A DNA stretch of 64,000 nt from Candidatus Nanoarchaeia archaeon. GTDB taxonomy: Archaea; Nanobdellota; Nanobdellia; Pacearchaeales; GW2011-AR1. Under the pieces are notes generated by a model. That model did not search any database, was not told where the DNA came from, and saw nothing but the letters and a program-made list of their open reading frames with translations. How positions within the stretch are numbered: the stretch's first letter is position 1; the number at the start of each line of letters is the position of its first letter. Positions 39,998-49,127 of the stretch are shown here, in pieces. The DNA lies in contig JBAQGX010000003.1 of assembly GCA_049288015.1 (NCBI GenBank), positions 55,662 through 119,661 of the forward strand. Reading direction: 5' to 3'. The position numbers were made by a program, and so were the translations under genes.

Positions 39998-40806
39998 TAT
40001 TGTGTTTCTCCAGATTTAATTTCGGGAATATTTTCTTCTTTAATTAATCTTCTTATTGCAGATTCGTATGCAAATGCTTTGTTCATCAAAAATTTGATTG
40101 TATCTTTTGATGAATATCCTATAGAAACTGCAAATGCCAACGCTTTTCCAAACTTTTCTTTCAATTCAACTAAAGTTTCTTCTATACTTATTTTAATTTC
40201 TAAATATAATTTTTTATTCGCTATATCGAATGCAGCTAAAGGAGTAAATCCGACTTTGAAGGGCTTTATTCCTAATTTGGTCATTACTTCAGCTGCACCT
40301 TTAGAAATTTTTTCTCCTTTCTTTGCAATAATCTTTGCTTCCTTAATGCTTATCTTACCCTTATCTATCATTATTGCTATCCCTACTGCTCCAAGCTCGC
40401 TTATTGCGGGGCCCGGAACCAAATCGGTTGGACCTGCGGGAACTTCAATGTCCTCTTCAGCTACTTGCCCAGATTTTGCCCTTATAGAACTTCTATTTTG
40501 GATTAATTCTAGTGAAAGATCAAAGGGATCTAAATTTGAAAATATTACTGCTATACTATCATCAACTTTTTCACTCAACTTCTTTAGTTCCTCTTCATTT
40601 GAACTATTGAGGACTCTGATTGTCAAATTCTTTTTTGGGACTTTTATAATTGCTTTTCCTCTGAGCTTTTTTGAAATTTCCTGAAACTGAGAAGCAGGAA
40701 TATTCTTTATGGAAGCTATTAGCAAAGTTTTGTTTTCTTTCATTAATTCAGAAAGTTCTTTTACTGACTGAATTTTCTTTTTAGATACATGGGCTTGAGT
40801 TTTCAT
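39997..40806 (-). CDS. rpl10: ribosomal stalk protein P0 (uL10)
   Basis: The uL10 N-domain is present and the gene lies between L1 and P1. It is a short 269-aa version. Confidence 0.75.
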   Translation of the reverse strand: MKTQAHVSKKKIQSVKELSELMKENKTLLIASIKNIPASQFQEISKKLRGKAIIKVPKKNLTIRVLNSSNEEELKKLSEKVDDSIAVIFSNLDPFDLSLELIQNRSSIRAKSGQVAEEDIEVPAGPTDLVPGPAISELGAVGIAIMIDKGKISIKEAKIIAKKGEKISKGAAEVMTKLGIKPFKVGFTPLAAFDIANKKLYLEIKISIEETLVELKEKFGKALAFAVSIGYSSKDTIKFLMNKAFAYESAIRRLIKEENIPEIKSGETQ

Positions 40807-41462
40807 TTTAAGTATATTTTCTGAGGTTTAGTCATAGTGAATTTTATTTCCACATTCTTTATGTTATCATTGCTCTTAGGCAGGGCTTTCAATAAAGAAT
40901 TATAGATGGACATTATATTCTCTACAAGTTCCTCATCCTTCATGTTTTGTTTTCCGATTGCCAATTTTATGCTTGGTTCCTTGGATTTTATTCTTACAAT
41001 ATGATCTATTTTTTCTTTAAGTTCTTCAATTGATTTGTCTTCAGCACTTTGGACGATTCCCAATTGTGGCGAAGGCATTTTTCCTGAAGGTCCCAAAACT
41101 CTTCCAAAAACAGTAGCAACTTTTGGCATTAATATTGCCTGAGAGATAAAAAAATCATAGCTGCTTTCTAACTTTTTTAGTTCCTTTTTATCAGAATATT
41201 TTTTAAAATCAGCTTCAGTTACTGTGTCTAAATCTTTATGTTTTGAAGTTAAAAAAGCGCAAATTTTTTTGCTTTTTATCTTGTGTGGAAGTTGGACAAA
41301 CAAGTTTACAGAATCTTTTTTTACATCGAATTTTTGCAAATTTATAACTAGGTCCAATGTTTGGTTGAATTTTCTTTGTTCTTTCTTTCTTAGTTCTGTA
41401 AGGGCTTTTTTAAGCTCCTGTTCCATTTCAATCATGTCTTGAATACCTCCTACATAATGCAC
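40803..41462 (-). CDS. rpl1: ribosomal protein uL1
   Basis: 219 aa with a uL1 pattern (..VQLPHKIK..GKMPSP..). It overlaps P0. Confidence 0.75.
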   Translation of the reverse strand: MHYVGGIQDMIEMEQELKKALTELRKKEQRKFNQTLDLVINLQKFDVKKDSVNLFVQLPHKIKSKKICAFLTSKHKDLDTVTEADFKKYSDKKELKKLESSYDFFISQAILMPKVATVFGRVLGPSGKMPSPQLGIVQSAEDKSIEELKEKIDHIVRIKSKEPSIKLAIGKQNMKDEELVENIMSIYNSLLKALPKSNDNIKNVEIKFTMTKPQKIYLK

Positions 41463-41595
41463 TAAATGCTCAGAAAATGTCTTGAGCCTTAATGATGTAG
41501 TATATGGTAAAAATCTCAGATAAAATGTATTTATAAATCTAATCTTTAATAGTAACTACAACAATTCTTATAAATCATTTCGGTTATTTTGTTAA

Positions 41596-41946
41596 ATGGA
41601 ATTAGTTGCATTGCTTTCATCAGGGGAAGGAACATGGGCGCAAGTTTCAGGTCTGATCAAGTATGGGGAATGGGATAAAATAATAATTTTAGGAGATGAT
41701 CTTGCAAAGAAATTTACAATAGAAAAGGAATTTGAATTTATTAAAATTGATTTAAACAAAAAAATAATCGATTTGAGAGATGAGCTATTGCAAAAATTAA
41801 AAGGAAAAATTGATGGAACCGAAGTTGCACTATCTATTGCTAGCGGAGATGGAAAGCAGCACATGGCTTTGATATCTGCATTAATTAACTTTCCTGTAGG
41901 AATAAGGTTTGCTGCCCTAACAAAAGAAGGGGTTATCGATTTGTAA
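41596..41946 (+). CDS. hypothetical protein
   Basis: 116 aa. The + frame has ordinary composition, whereas the overlapping minus ORF is an S/F/I-rich mirror. The family is unknown. Confidence 0.4.
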   Translation: MELVALLSSGEGTWAQVSGLIKYGEWDKIIILGDDLAKKFTIEKEFEFIKIDLNKKIIDLRDELLQKLKGKIDGTEVALSIASGDGKQHMALISALINFPVGIRFAALTKEGVIDL

Positions 41947-41948
41947 TC

Positions 41949-43382
41949 TTACTTAATATAAAAAATCCAAAACAGCATAACTACTAATAATAAAAGTAAG
42001 AAGAAATAGGTTACAATTTGGAAGACTCTTTTTGCAACTTTTTCTTTCTTTGTCATTGCTAAAATTGTAAGATAAAAGAATCTACCTCCATCAAATATCC
42101 CTACCGGAAGCATATTGATAAGGGCAACACTTATGCTTATCATAATAAGCCACCATAGTAAATCATAGATAAATATTCCACTATCCCCCATAAGAGATGC
42201 ATAATATACATGGTTCCTATCAAATGAGGATAACGTTGAATAAAACTGATTCAAAATCCCTTGATTTTGGGTCTGTAAGAACCCAATTCCAAGCCAAGAC
42301 AAACTTTTATTATTAGGATCTTGTCCAAGAGTAATTGTCTTATTTTCTGCAGAATTGTTTTGGTTTAAGACTGTAACAATAATACTAGTATCTGGGGAAT
42401 ATTGGTGTATCACACTAGCCAATTGAATTACATTTGTTATTTTTTCACCATTAATACTTAGAATCGTACTATCTAGATTTGCTCTTATAGCGGGAGCATC
42501 ATAGTACACGATTAATGAGCCTTCGGATCCATTTTGTTGTTCCAGAAAATTCTTCGTTAAAAGATAATTTCCTAAATTAGTCTGAACTTCATTTAAGCTA
42601 CTATTTCCATTTATCAAACTAAGCACACTAGAGTACGAAGGATCGTTTACGGTTATATTGTTAATTGCGGTTACAGAAGAAATATTTATCTGAGTGTAGG
42701 GATAAGTATCAAAAACAACTCCTGAAGGAGCGAACGCAACTGCAAAAAATCCCAAGAGTATTACAAAAAAGAATATTGCTGTCAAAGTATTTACAAAAGT
42801 TCCGGCCGAAAGTACTGCTAACTGATCAAATTTCTTTTTCTTCCCCATCTCTTTTTCATCTAATTCTACAAATGCGGCTAAGAATATTGGAAAGAAGAAA
42901 GGAAAGAATCCAAATCCGGTACTTTTTATCTTAACTTTTTTTCTTGTAGCAAAAATACCATGTGCAAACTCGTGGGTTATTGCAATAACTGCAATTATAA
43001 TTATCCAATATGTAAAATAAAAAGGAGGTAAGAAACTTAATTTGAAGATTTGAGGTAGATAAGGGATAAGAGGCATTATAGGTGGAATTTTAACTGCTTT
43101 AACGAAAGCTCCCTGCGTTGTATAAATCCAAACTACTTTTCCTATAAGATATAGGACACTTACCATTAGAATATAACCGAGACCAACTGAGATATAACTT
43201 AAAACTTTTAGTGTCTTCTGATACTTTTCCCCAATCCTATGAATTAACTTAACCCCCCAATTTGTTTTATAAAGTAGCAATAAACCCTCTCTCTTAACAT
43301 TTTTTCTCTTTCTATATAAAAAAATTCCTAATAAAATTACAAATAATCCTAAAAAAGTCAAATCGTATACTAAAAAACTCAT
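41949..43382 (-). CDS. site-2 protease family (M50) zinc metalloprotease with PDZ-like region
   Basis: 477 aa. The HExxH motif sits in a TM helix (ITHEFAHGI), and a C-terminal LPVGIFDGG (LDG) motif is present. Confidence 0.75.
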   Translation of the reverse strand: MSFLVYDLTFLGLFVILLGIFLYRKRKNVKREGLLLLYKTNWGVKLIHRIGEKYQKTLKVLSYISVGLGYILMVSVLYLIGKVVWIYTTQGAFVKAVKIPPIMPLIPYLPQIFKLSFLPPFYFTYWIIIIAVIAITHEFAHGIFATRKKVKIKSTGFGFFPFFFPIFLAAFVELDEKEMGKKKKFDQLAVLSAGTFVNTLTAIFFFVILLGFFAVAFAPSGVVFDTYPYTQINISSVTAINNITVNDPSYSSVLSLINGNSSLNEVQTNLGNYLLTKNFLEQQNGSEGSLIVYYDAPAIRANLDSTILSINGEKITNVIQLASVIHQYSPDTSIIVTVLNQNNSAENKTITLGQDPNNKSLSWLGIGFLQTQNQGILNQFYSTLSSFDRNHVYYASLMGDSGIFIYDLLWWLIMISISVALINMLPVGIFDGGRFFYLTILAMTKKEKVAKRVFQIVTYFFLLLLLVVMLFWIFYIK

Positions 43383-43387
43383 TGGTT

Positions 43388-43549
43388 TTATTTCCTCTTA
43401 AGAGGTCTGAATGCTCTTTTTTTGCATTTCCTGCACTTTACCTCTCCCTTCAAAATCTTTTGAGGGTCTGCTCTCATCTTGCTCTTGCAGTTTTTACAAA
43501 CAAAAACATTCTTGAATTCCCTGTTCATCGCTTCTGCTATTTTTGCCAT
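43388..43549 (-). CDS. rpl40e: ribosomal protein eL40 (missed by ORF track)
   Basis: A manual translation gives MAKIAEAMNREFKNVFVCKNCKSKMRADPQKILKGEVKCRKCKKRAFRPLKRK. It has the C4 zinc ribbon and basic tail of eL40. Confidence 0.65.
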   Translation of the reverse strand: MAKIAEAMNREFKNVFVCKNCKSKMRADPQKILKGEVKCRKCKKRAFRPLKRK

Positions 43550-43555
43550 ATTTCA

Positions 43556-43948
43556 TTAAACCTTTCTCTTGATTATTTTTTCGCCTTCAATATCCCAATA
43601 TTCTACATTAGAATTAACTTCAAGTTGAGATTTTATCTCATCAGGGCATTCAATCTCTATTGTTTCAAAATTATCCAGATCCATCACACTAACTTTATTT
43701 CCTATTGACAATACTTGACCTTTTCTTTTATCTATCATAGGAACTTCAAATCTATCCGTTCCAGGAACAACAAAAACCTTTTTTTTCTCGCTAAGGATTC
43801 CAACAGCTTCAATTCTGCACTTGTGAGCCCCATGCTTTCCAGTCTTACTCACATCCATACTTTTAACAGTATAAGGATCTCCATCGAGAATAATATTTGT
43901 ACCCACCTTTGCTTCTGTAGCATTAATTATTTTGGAAACCATAAACAA
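43556..43948 (-). CDS. eif5a: translation initiation factor 5A (aIF5A)
   Basis: The hypusine-loop motif SKTGKHGAHK is present, followed by a C-terminal OB domain. Confidence 0.85.
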   Translation of the reverse strand: MFMVSKIINATEAKVGTNIILDGDPYTVKSMDVSKTGKHGAHKCRIEAVGILSEKKKVFVVPGTDRFEVPMIDKRKGQVLSIGNKVSVMDLDNFETIEIECPDEIKSQLEVNSNVEYWDIEGEKIIKRKV

Positions 43949-44066
43949 TCCAGAAAAAATACGTTTATAAACGTTTTTGATAAATTTTTATAATTTTATT
44001 AATTACAGTAGTTCTAATTATGTATAGTAACCAAAACCTTAAAAATCCCTTCATTTATCTCCTTTT

Positions 44067-44738
44067 ATGACATTGCAAAAAAAAGATTTCATTGAAGTTG
44101 AATTTACAGCAAAAGTAAAAGGAGGAGAAACTTTTGATTCAAACATAAAAGAAGATTTGGAAAAACTTCATGAAGGTCATGACCATTCAATAGAAGCAGA
44201 ACCATTTATCTTCTGTTTAGGTGAAGGAATGTTTCTAAAAGGAGTTGAAGATTTTCTCATTGGAAAAGAAATAGGGAATTATGAAGTGGAACTTCCTCCA
44301 GAGAAGGCGTTTGGAAAAAGAAATCCACAGTTAGTACAGAGAATTCCCCTTAAGGTATTCAAGGAACAAAAACTTAATCCTATTCCTGGTTTTGCATTTA
44401 ATTTTGATGGTAGGATTGGCAGAGTTCTAGCATCCTCTGGGGGAAGGGTAATTGTTGATTTTAACAATCCTATTGCCGGAAAAGATGTTATATACAAAAT
44501 TAAAATTTTGAGAAAAGTAGACAATCTAAATGAAAAGTCAAGGGCCCTTATTAAATTCCTTTTCAGAGAGGATGTTAAATTTGAAATAAAAGATAAAAAA
44601 ATTATTATTGAAGTTGAAAAACCTTTAGTTGAATTTGTAAAATTGTTTAAGGACAAATTCAAGGAAATGCTTGATTTGGAGCTGGAAGTTAATGAAACTA
44701 CAAGAAAAGAGGAAAAATCATCAGAAATAAGCAAATAA
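44067..44738 (+). CDS. FKBP-type peptidyl-prolyl cis-trans isomerase (long archaeal SlyD-like type)
   Basis: An FKBP core (FIFCLGEGMFLKGVEDFLIGKEIG) carries an IF insert, and a VDFNNPIAGKD motif is present. Confidence 0.75.
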   Translation: MTLQKKDFIEVEFTAKVKGGETFDSNIKEDLEKLHEGHDHSIEAEPFIFCLGEGMFLKGVEDFLIGKEIGNYEVELPPEKAFGKRNPQLVQRIPLKVFKEQKLNPIPGFAFNFDGRIGRVLASSGGRVIVDFNNPIAGKDVIYKIKILRKVDNLNEKSRALIKFLFREDVKFEIKDKKIIIEVEKPLVEFVKLFKDKFKEMLDLELEVNETTRKEEKSSEISK

Positions 44739-44780
44739 TAGAACAATAATTCTTATAAATAGAACCGACTTATTTATGGC

Positions 44781-45863
44781 ATGGATGATATTTACGAAAG
44801 TTCTTCTAATGTAAAGGAAATAGATAAGGAACTTGAAGAGTTACTTAAGGCCCAAACAGCGAAAATAAAAGTTATTGGTGTAGGTGGTGGAGGTAATAAT
44901 TCTCTTAATAGAATGAAAGAAATTGGAATTAGGGGAGGAGAACTTATAGCAGTAAATACGGACGCTCAGGATTTATTATATACAAATGCAGATCAAAAGA
45001 TCCTTATTGGTAAGGAGCTTACTCAAGGTCTTGGAGCGGGGAGTAATCCAAGGATAGGAGAAGAATCTGCAAAGGAGTCTGAATCTGAGATAAAAAAGAA
45101 AATTGCGGGAAGTGATATGGTTTTCATAACTTGTGGTATGGGGGGAGGAACAGGAACAGGGGCTGCTCCAGTTATTGCTTCGCTTGCAAAAAAACAGGGA
45201 GCATTAACAATAGGTGTTGTTACTTTACCATTTACTATTGAAGGAAAGAAAAGAATTGAGAATGCAATGGAGGGGTTAGAGAAGATGCAATCTGTTGTTG
45301 ATACTCTGATAATAATTCCGAATGATAAACTTTTAGAATTGGCTCCGGACTTGCCACTTCATACAGCTTTTAAAATTGCGGACGAGATACTTACAAATGC
45401 GGTGAAGGGTGTAACAGAACTTGTAACAACAACAGGATTGGTAAATCTTGATTTTGCAGATATAAAAGCAGTAATGGTTGATGGAGGGGTTTCTCTTATC
45501 GGAATGGGAGAATCAGACTCTGCGGGAAGAAGGGCTGTTGAATCTGTTGAAAAAGCAATTAATAACCCTTTATTAGATGTTGATATTTCTGATGCAACAG
45601 GAGCCTTAGTAAACATTATTGGCGGACCAAATATGAGCCTTGATGAATGTAAAACAATAATTGCAACAGTTGGGGAAAAATTAAGTCCTGATGCAAAATT
45701 AATTTGGGGAGCTCAGATATCTGAAGATATGGATAAATCTATTAGAGTTTTGCTTATTGTTACAGGGGTTAAGAGTTCTCAAATTGTGGGTCATGAAGGT
45801 GCAGATGAAGCTGCAAGACATAAAGAAATCGAAGATGAATTGGGAATTGAATTCATTGAGTAA
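44781..45863 (+). CDS. ftsZ: cell division GTPase FtsZ
   Basis: The motif IKVIGVGGGGNN is present, and the tubulin signature is GGGTGTGAAPVIA. Confidence 0.9.
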   Translation: MDDIYESSSNVKEIDKELEELLKAQTAKIKVIGVGGGGNNSLNRMKEIGIRGGELIAVNTDAQDLLYTNADQKILIGKELTQGLGAGSNPRIGEESAKESESEIKKKIAGSDMVFITCGMGGGTGTGAAPVIASLAKKQGALTIGVVTLPFTIEGKKRIENAMEGLEKMQSVVDTLIIIPNDKLLELAPDLPLHTAFKIADEILTNAVKGVTELVTTTGLVNLDFADIKAVMVDGGVSLIGMGESDSAGRRAVESVEKAINNPLLDVDISDATGALVNIIGGPNMSLDECKTIIATVGEKLSPDAKLIWGAQISEDMDKSIRVLLIVTGVKSSQIVGHEGADEAARHKEIEDELGIEFIE

Positions 45864-45914
45864 AACTTGTTTATTTTCCAACAAACTTAAAAACCAATAA
45901 TTAGTCTCTTTATT

Positions 45915-46097
45915 ATGGCAATAAAAGATCTTCCTATAAGTGCTAAGTCATTTTTTATAAAATGTAAACGTGTTTGGCAAGTATTGACTAAACCAACAAA
46001 AGAGGAATTTAAGGCAACTGCGAAAATATCTGCAATTAGTATTATCGCTCTCGGAATTATTGGATTTATTATTTCTTTGATTGTAACGTCGATATGA
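45915..46097 (+). CDS. secE: protein translocase subunit SecE/Sec61-gamma
   Basis: 60 aa with a single C-terminal TM helix. It sits in the conserved ftsZ-secE-spt5-L11 position. Confidence 0.65.
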   Translation: MAIKDLPISAKSFFIKCKRVWQVLTKPTKEEFKATAKISAISIIALGIIGFIISLIVTSI

Positions 46098-46141
46098 CCT
46101 AGTTTACTAGAAAAATATATAAGGATTTCTTATTTAGCAAG

Positions 46142-46396
46142 ATGGTTGATACAATGGTAAATGAGGTAGATAGTTTGGCAAGATTGAAGAAAGAGAGAGA
46201 ATACGAGGATGATTTAGTTTATGACCTAATTAATGTCTTCCTTTTATCACTAAAAGAGATTTCTGATTTAAAACATGAAGAAGAAACTATAGTTAGAGAT
46301 AGATTGACAAAAATTGCATCGGATTCAAAGCGCCATAGTCATTTATTTGAAACTTTAATAGAAATGGTCATAAAAAATGGAGATAATAACTACTAG
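46142..46396 (+). CDS. hypothetical small helical protein
   Basis: 84 aa, predicted all-helical. It overlaps the next ORF by 20 nt in another frame. Confidence 0.35.
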   Translation: MVDTMVNEVDSLARLKKEREYEDDLVYDLINVFLLSLKEISDLKHEEETIVRDRLTKIASDSKRHSHLFETLIEMVIKNGDNNY

Positions 46397-46583
46397 GTCC
46401 CAACTTATAGAAAAATTAAGGGATGTAAAGACTGTTGAAATCATAGCTAGAGAGAATTACAAAGAGGATGCAATAACATTCAAAAATCCTCAAATAGTTA
46501 AGACTGTCTCCCAAATTAAGCTTGATGAAGACAAACATATTGACATGTTAACTGAAATTATTGAATTACTAGAGAAAAATTAA
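46377..46583 (+). CDS. hypothetical small helical protein (weak ferritin-like E...Y / ExxH pattern)
   Basis: 68 aa. EIIARENY and DEDKH motifs are present, but a ferritin-like assignment is speculative. Confidence 0.35.
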   Translation: MEIITTRSQLIEKLRDVKTVEIIARENYKEDAITFKNPQIVKTVSQIKLDEDKHIDMLTEIIELLEKN

Positions 46584-46671
46584 GCTTGCAATTAGACCAA
46601 ATATTTTATAAACCTAGATTTTTAACTTAATACATCTTTCTAAGATGTTATATCTTAGATGGAGCTAGAAA

Positions 46672-47139
46672 ATGATATTTGTAATAAAAGTAACAACTAA
46701 TAAAGAAGAAAGTGCTGTAGATTTAATAGCTGATAGAATTGGAAAAAAGAATCTTAATGTATATTCTGTTTTAAAGCCTCATGGATTAAGGGGATATATT
46801 CTTCTAGAAGCTGAAGATAGAGAAAGTGCAGAAGAAGCTGTTTTCAATCTTCCTTATGTTAAAGGAATTATAGGAAAAACTTTGACATATGAAGAAATAA
46901 AGAATATGATTGAAACCTCAACTGCTCCTGTTTCAATTAAGGAAGGAGATATAGTTGAAATAATTTCAGAACCTTTCAAAAAGGAAAAAGCGAAAGTTTT
47001 AAGAGTTGATGAACAGAAGGGAGATGTTGTCGTAAGTTTGCTTGGAGCTCTTGTTCAGCTCCCAGTAACAATTAAAATTGATAATGTTAGAGCAATAAGC
47101 AGGGAAGAAAGGGAGGAAGCAGAACAAAATGCAGATTAA
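46672..47139 (+). CDS. spt5: transcription elongation factor Spt5 (NusG)
   Basis: An NGN domain is followed by a KOW domain (GDIVEIISEPFKKEKAKV). It lies upstream of L11. Confidence 0.75.
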   Translation: MIFVIKVTTNKEESAVDLIADRIGKKNLNVYSVLKPHGLRGYILLEAEDRESAEEAVFNLPYVKGIIGKTLTYEEIKNMIETSTAPVSIKEGDIVEIISEPFKKEKAKVLRVDEQKGDVVVSLLGALVQLPVTIKIDNVRAISREEREEAEQNAD

Positions 47140-47809
47140 ACTTTTAGTAGACGCAGGGGGAATGAAGCCAGGTCCGGCCCTTAGCCAGAAGCTTGGTCCA
47201 ACAGGGGTAAATGTAAATCAAGTAATACAAAAAGTTAACGATGCAACCAAGAAATTTGCAGGAATAAAAGTACCTGTTGAATTAGATATAGATGTTCAGA
47301 CAAAAAACATAGAAGTAGTAGTATTTTCGCCTCCTACATCAGGATTATTGAAAAAGGAAGTTGGAATTGAGAAAGGTTCGGGAATGACTTCAAAAGTAAA
47401 GGTAGGGAATATTTCAATAGAGCAAGTAATTTCGGTTGCAAAAACAAAATATCCTAACTTGTTAGCAAAAAACATGAAAGCAGCAGTCAAAGAAGTTGTT
47501 GGCACATGTGTCAGTCTTGGAATATTAATTGAAAATAAATCTCCTGTTGAAGTTGAGAAAGAGATTGATGAGAAGAAATATGACAAAGAGATTTCTGAAG
47601 AAAGGACAGAGACTTCGGAATCAAAAAAATCGAAATTAGAGAAATTCTTTGCAGAACTAAAAGCAGCTCAAGAGAAATTGAAGAAGCAGGAAGAAGCTGC
47701 AACAGCTGCCGCAACAGCTGCCTCTGCAGCAGCAGCTACTGCTACTCCAGCAAAGACTCCAACAGTAGCAGCTAAGCCTACGGCGGTAAAAACGCCTGCT
47801 AAAAAGTAA
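47129..47809 (+). CDS. rpl11: ribosomal protein uL11 with A/T/P/K-rich C-terminal tail
   Basis: The uL11 N-domain MKPGPALSQKLGPTGVN is present. A 65-aa low-complexity tail follows (...AATAAATAASAAAATATPAKTPTVAAKPTAVKTPAKK). Confidence 0.8.
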   Translation: MQIKLLVDAGGMKPGPALSQKLGPTGVNVNQVIQKVNDATKKFAGIKVPVELDIDVQTKNIEVVVFSPPTSGLLKKEVGIEKGSGMTSKVKVGNISIEQVISVAKTKYPNLLAKNMKAAVKEVVGTCVSLGILIENKSPVEVEKEIDEKKYDKEISEERTETSESKKSKLEKFFAELKAAQEKLKKQEEAATAAATAASAAAATATPAKTPTVAAKPTAVKTPAKK

Positions 47810-47845
47810 AGCCTTTTAAATTTCTCAAATCATTATCATTATCAT

Positions 47846-47918
47846 GGGGCTGTGGGGTAGCCTGGTAGCCTTTCAGGTTTGGGACCTGACGACCCCGGTT
47901 CAAATCCGGGCAGCCCCA
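47846..47918 (+). tRNA. tRNA-Pro (anticodon TGG)
   Basis: The acceptor GGGGCTG pairs with CAGCCCC, the anticodon stem TCAGG pairs with CCTGA around loop TTTGGGA, and the T-arm is CCCGG TTCAAAT CCGGG. Confidence 0.75.
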
Positions 47919-47960
47919 TTTTATAAGAAGTTTTAAAAACCAAATTTATGCTATAATAAA

Positions 47961-48182
47961 ATGAGTACAAAGACAAAAAAAGTAAAGGCTGCAGGGAGAT
48001 TTGGCGCAAGATATGGAAAGAGAGTTAGATCTAAACTTGCAAGTGTAGAATCAAAGCAAAGAGTAAAACAAAAATGTCCTTATTGCAATAAACTTGGAGT
48101 TAAAAGAGTTTCCAAGGGAATTTGGAAATGTCCAAAATGTGAGAAGAAATTTGCGTCAGATGTTTTTTACCTTTCAAGTTAA
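47961..48182 (+). CDS. rpl37ae: ribosomal protein eL43 (L37Ae)
   Basis: It has GRFGARYG and the CPYC...CPKC zinc ribbon. Confidence 0.85.
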   Translation: MSTKTKKVKAAGRFGARYGKRVRSKLASVESKQRVKQKCPYCNKLGVKRVSKGIWKCPKCEKKFASDVFYLSS

Positions 48183-48212
48183 GCTTATAAATTCAAAATA
48201 ATCAATTATAAT

Positions 48213-48350
48213 ATGTCAACATACAAATGTTTCAAATGTGGAAAAGTTGTAAAGAATACAGAATTAGATAAGAGATTTGTTTGCTCGAAATGTGGAAGCA
48301 AGATTTTTTACAAGCCTAGAACAGTTATAAAAAAAATAAAGGCAATATAA
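48213..48350 (+). CDS. rpoP: DNA-directed RNA polymerase subunit P (Rpo12/RpoP) (missed by ORF track)
   Basis: A manual translation gives MSTYKCFKCGKVVKNTELDKRFVCSKCGSKIFYKPRTVIKKIKAI. It has the CxxC...CxxC ribbon and sits in the conserved position after L37ae. Confidence 0.6.
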   Translation: MSTYKCFKCGKVVKNTELDKRFVCSKCGSKIFYKPRTVIKKIKAI

Positions 48351-48356
48351 TTCTAA

Positions 48357-48674
48357 ATGGAAAATAAAAATGAAGAAATTCAAGAGATGCAGATATTAGA
48401 TCAGAATTTGCAAAATATTCTTTTACAAAGACAGGCTTTTGAGATGGAATTATCTGAGACGAGAGAAGCTTCAAAAGAGATAGACAAATCAAATGAAGTT
48501 TTCAAATTGATTGGGGAGTTGATGATAAAAAAAGATAAAGAGAAAGTAAAAGAGGAACTTTTAACCAAGGAAAAGATATTATCAATGAGAATAAAGTCAA
48601 TTGAAAAACAAGAAGAGTCTCTAAGCAAAAGATTAGATGAATTAAGGGATAAATTTTCAAATCTTGCAAAATAG
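48357..48674 (+). CDS. pfdB: prefoldin beta subunit
   Basis: 105 aa with a coiled-coil, beta-hairpin (VFKLIGELMIKKDKE), coiled-coil layout. Confidence 0.7.
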   Translation: MENKNEEIQEMQILDQNLQNILLQRQAFEMELSETREASKEIDKSNEVFKLIGELMIKKDKEKVKEELLTKEKILSMRIKSIEKQEESLSKRLDELRDKFSNLAK

Positions 48675-48713
48675 TTGCGAAATCTTTATAAACATCAGCC
48701 TTTTCAAAATACT

Positions 48714-49127
48714 ATGGTGTTCGATAAATTGAGGAAAAATCTTTCAAGAGGATCTGCAGGTTCTGATGAGGATTATCTTGAGATAGATTTGAACCAAGGA
48801 ACGAAAGGAGATCATAAAGTAATGGTCAAGCTCTTTGTATTGAAACATTATGATGATGTCAATAAAATTCTTGCATCTTTGAGAGACGGTTATACTATTG
48901 CAATCATTGAAACTAAGATTTTAAGACAAAAAGATCCTATCGAATTGAAGAGGGCTATTTCGAAGATAAAGAAAACGACAGACGCCCTTGAGGGAAGTAT
49001 TGTTGGATTCAGAGAGAATATAGTAATTGCCACACCTTCTTTTGCCAGAGTAGACCGTGAAGCAGAAGTTGTTGTTGATGATAAGAAAATGTCCAACAAG
49101 TTTGATCAAGATCTTTCTTCCATGTAA
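48714..49127 (+). CDS. sepF: cell division protein SepF homologue
   Basis: A SepF/DUF552-like core is present (VMVKLFVLKHYDDVNKILASLRDGYTIAIIE...ALEGSIVGFRENIVIATPSFARV). It follows an N-terminal amphipathic segment. The ATG was chosen at 48714; the ORF track begins at TTG 48675. Confidence 0.55.
   Translation: MVFDKLRKNLSRGSAGSDEDYLEIDLNQGTKGDHKVMVKLFVLKHYDDVNKILASLRDGYTIAIIETKILRQKDPIELKRAISKIKKTTDALEGSIVGFRENIVIATPSFARVDREAEVVVDDKKMSNKFDQDLSSM

Noticed and set aside
41592-41864. Minus-strand 90-aa Cys/Ser/Phe-rich ORF.
   Set aside because: It overlaps the plus-strand 116-aa ORF, which has ordinary composition. The minus product looks like reverse-complement noise.
43382-43708. Plus-strand 108-aa ORF between the S2P protease and aIF5A.
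   Set aside because: The same DNA encodes a convincing eL40 on the minus strand, and the 3' end of aIF5A. The plus ORF has low-complexity composition.
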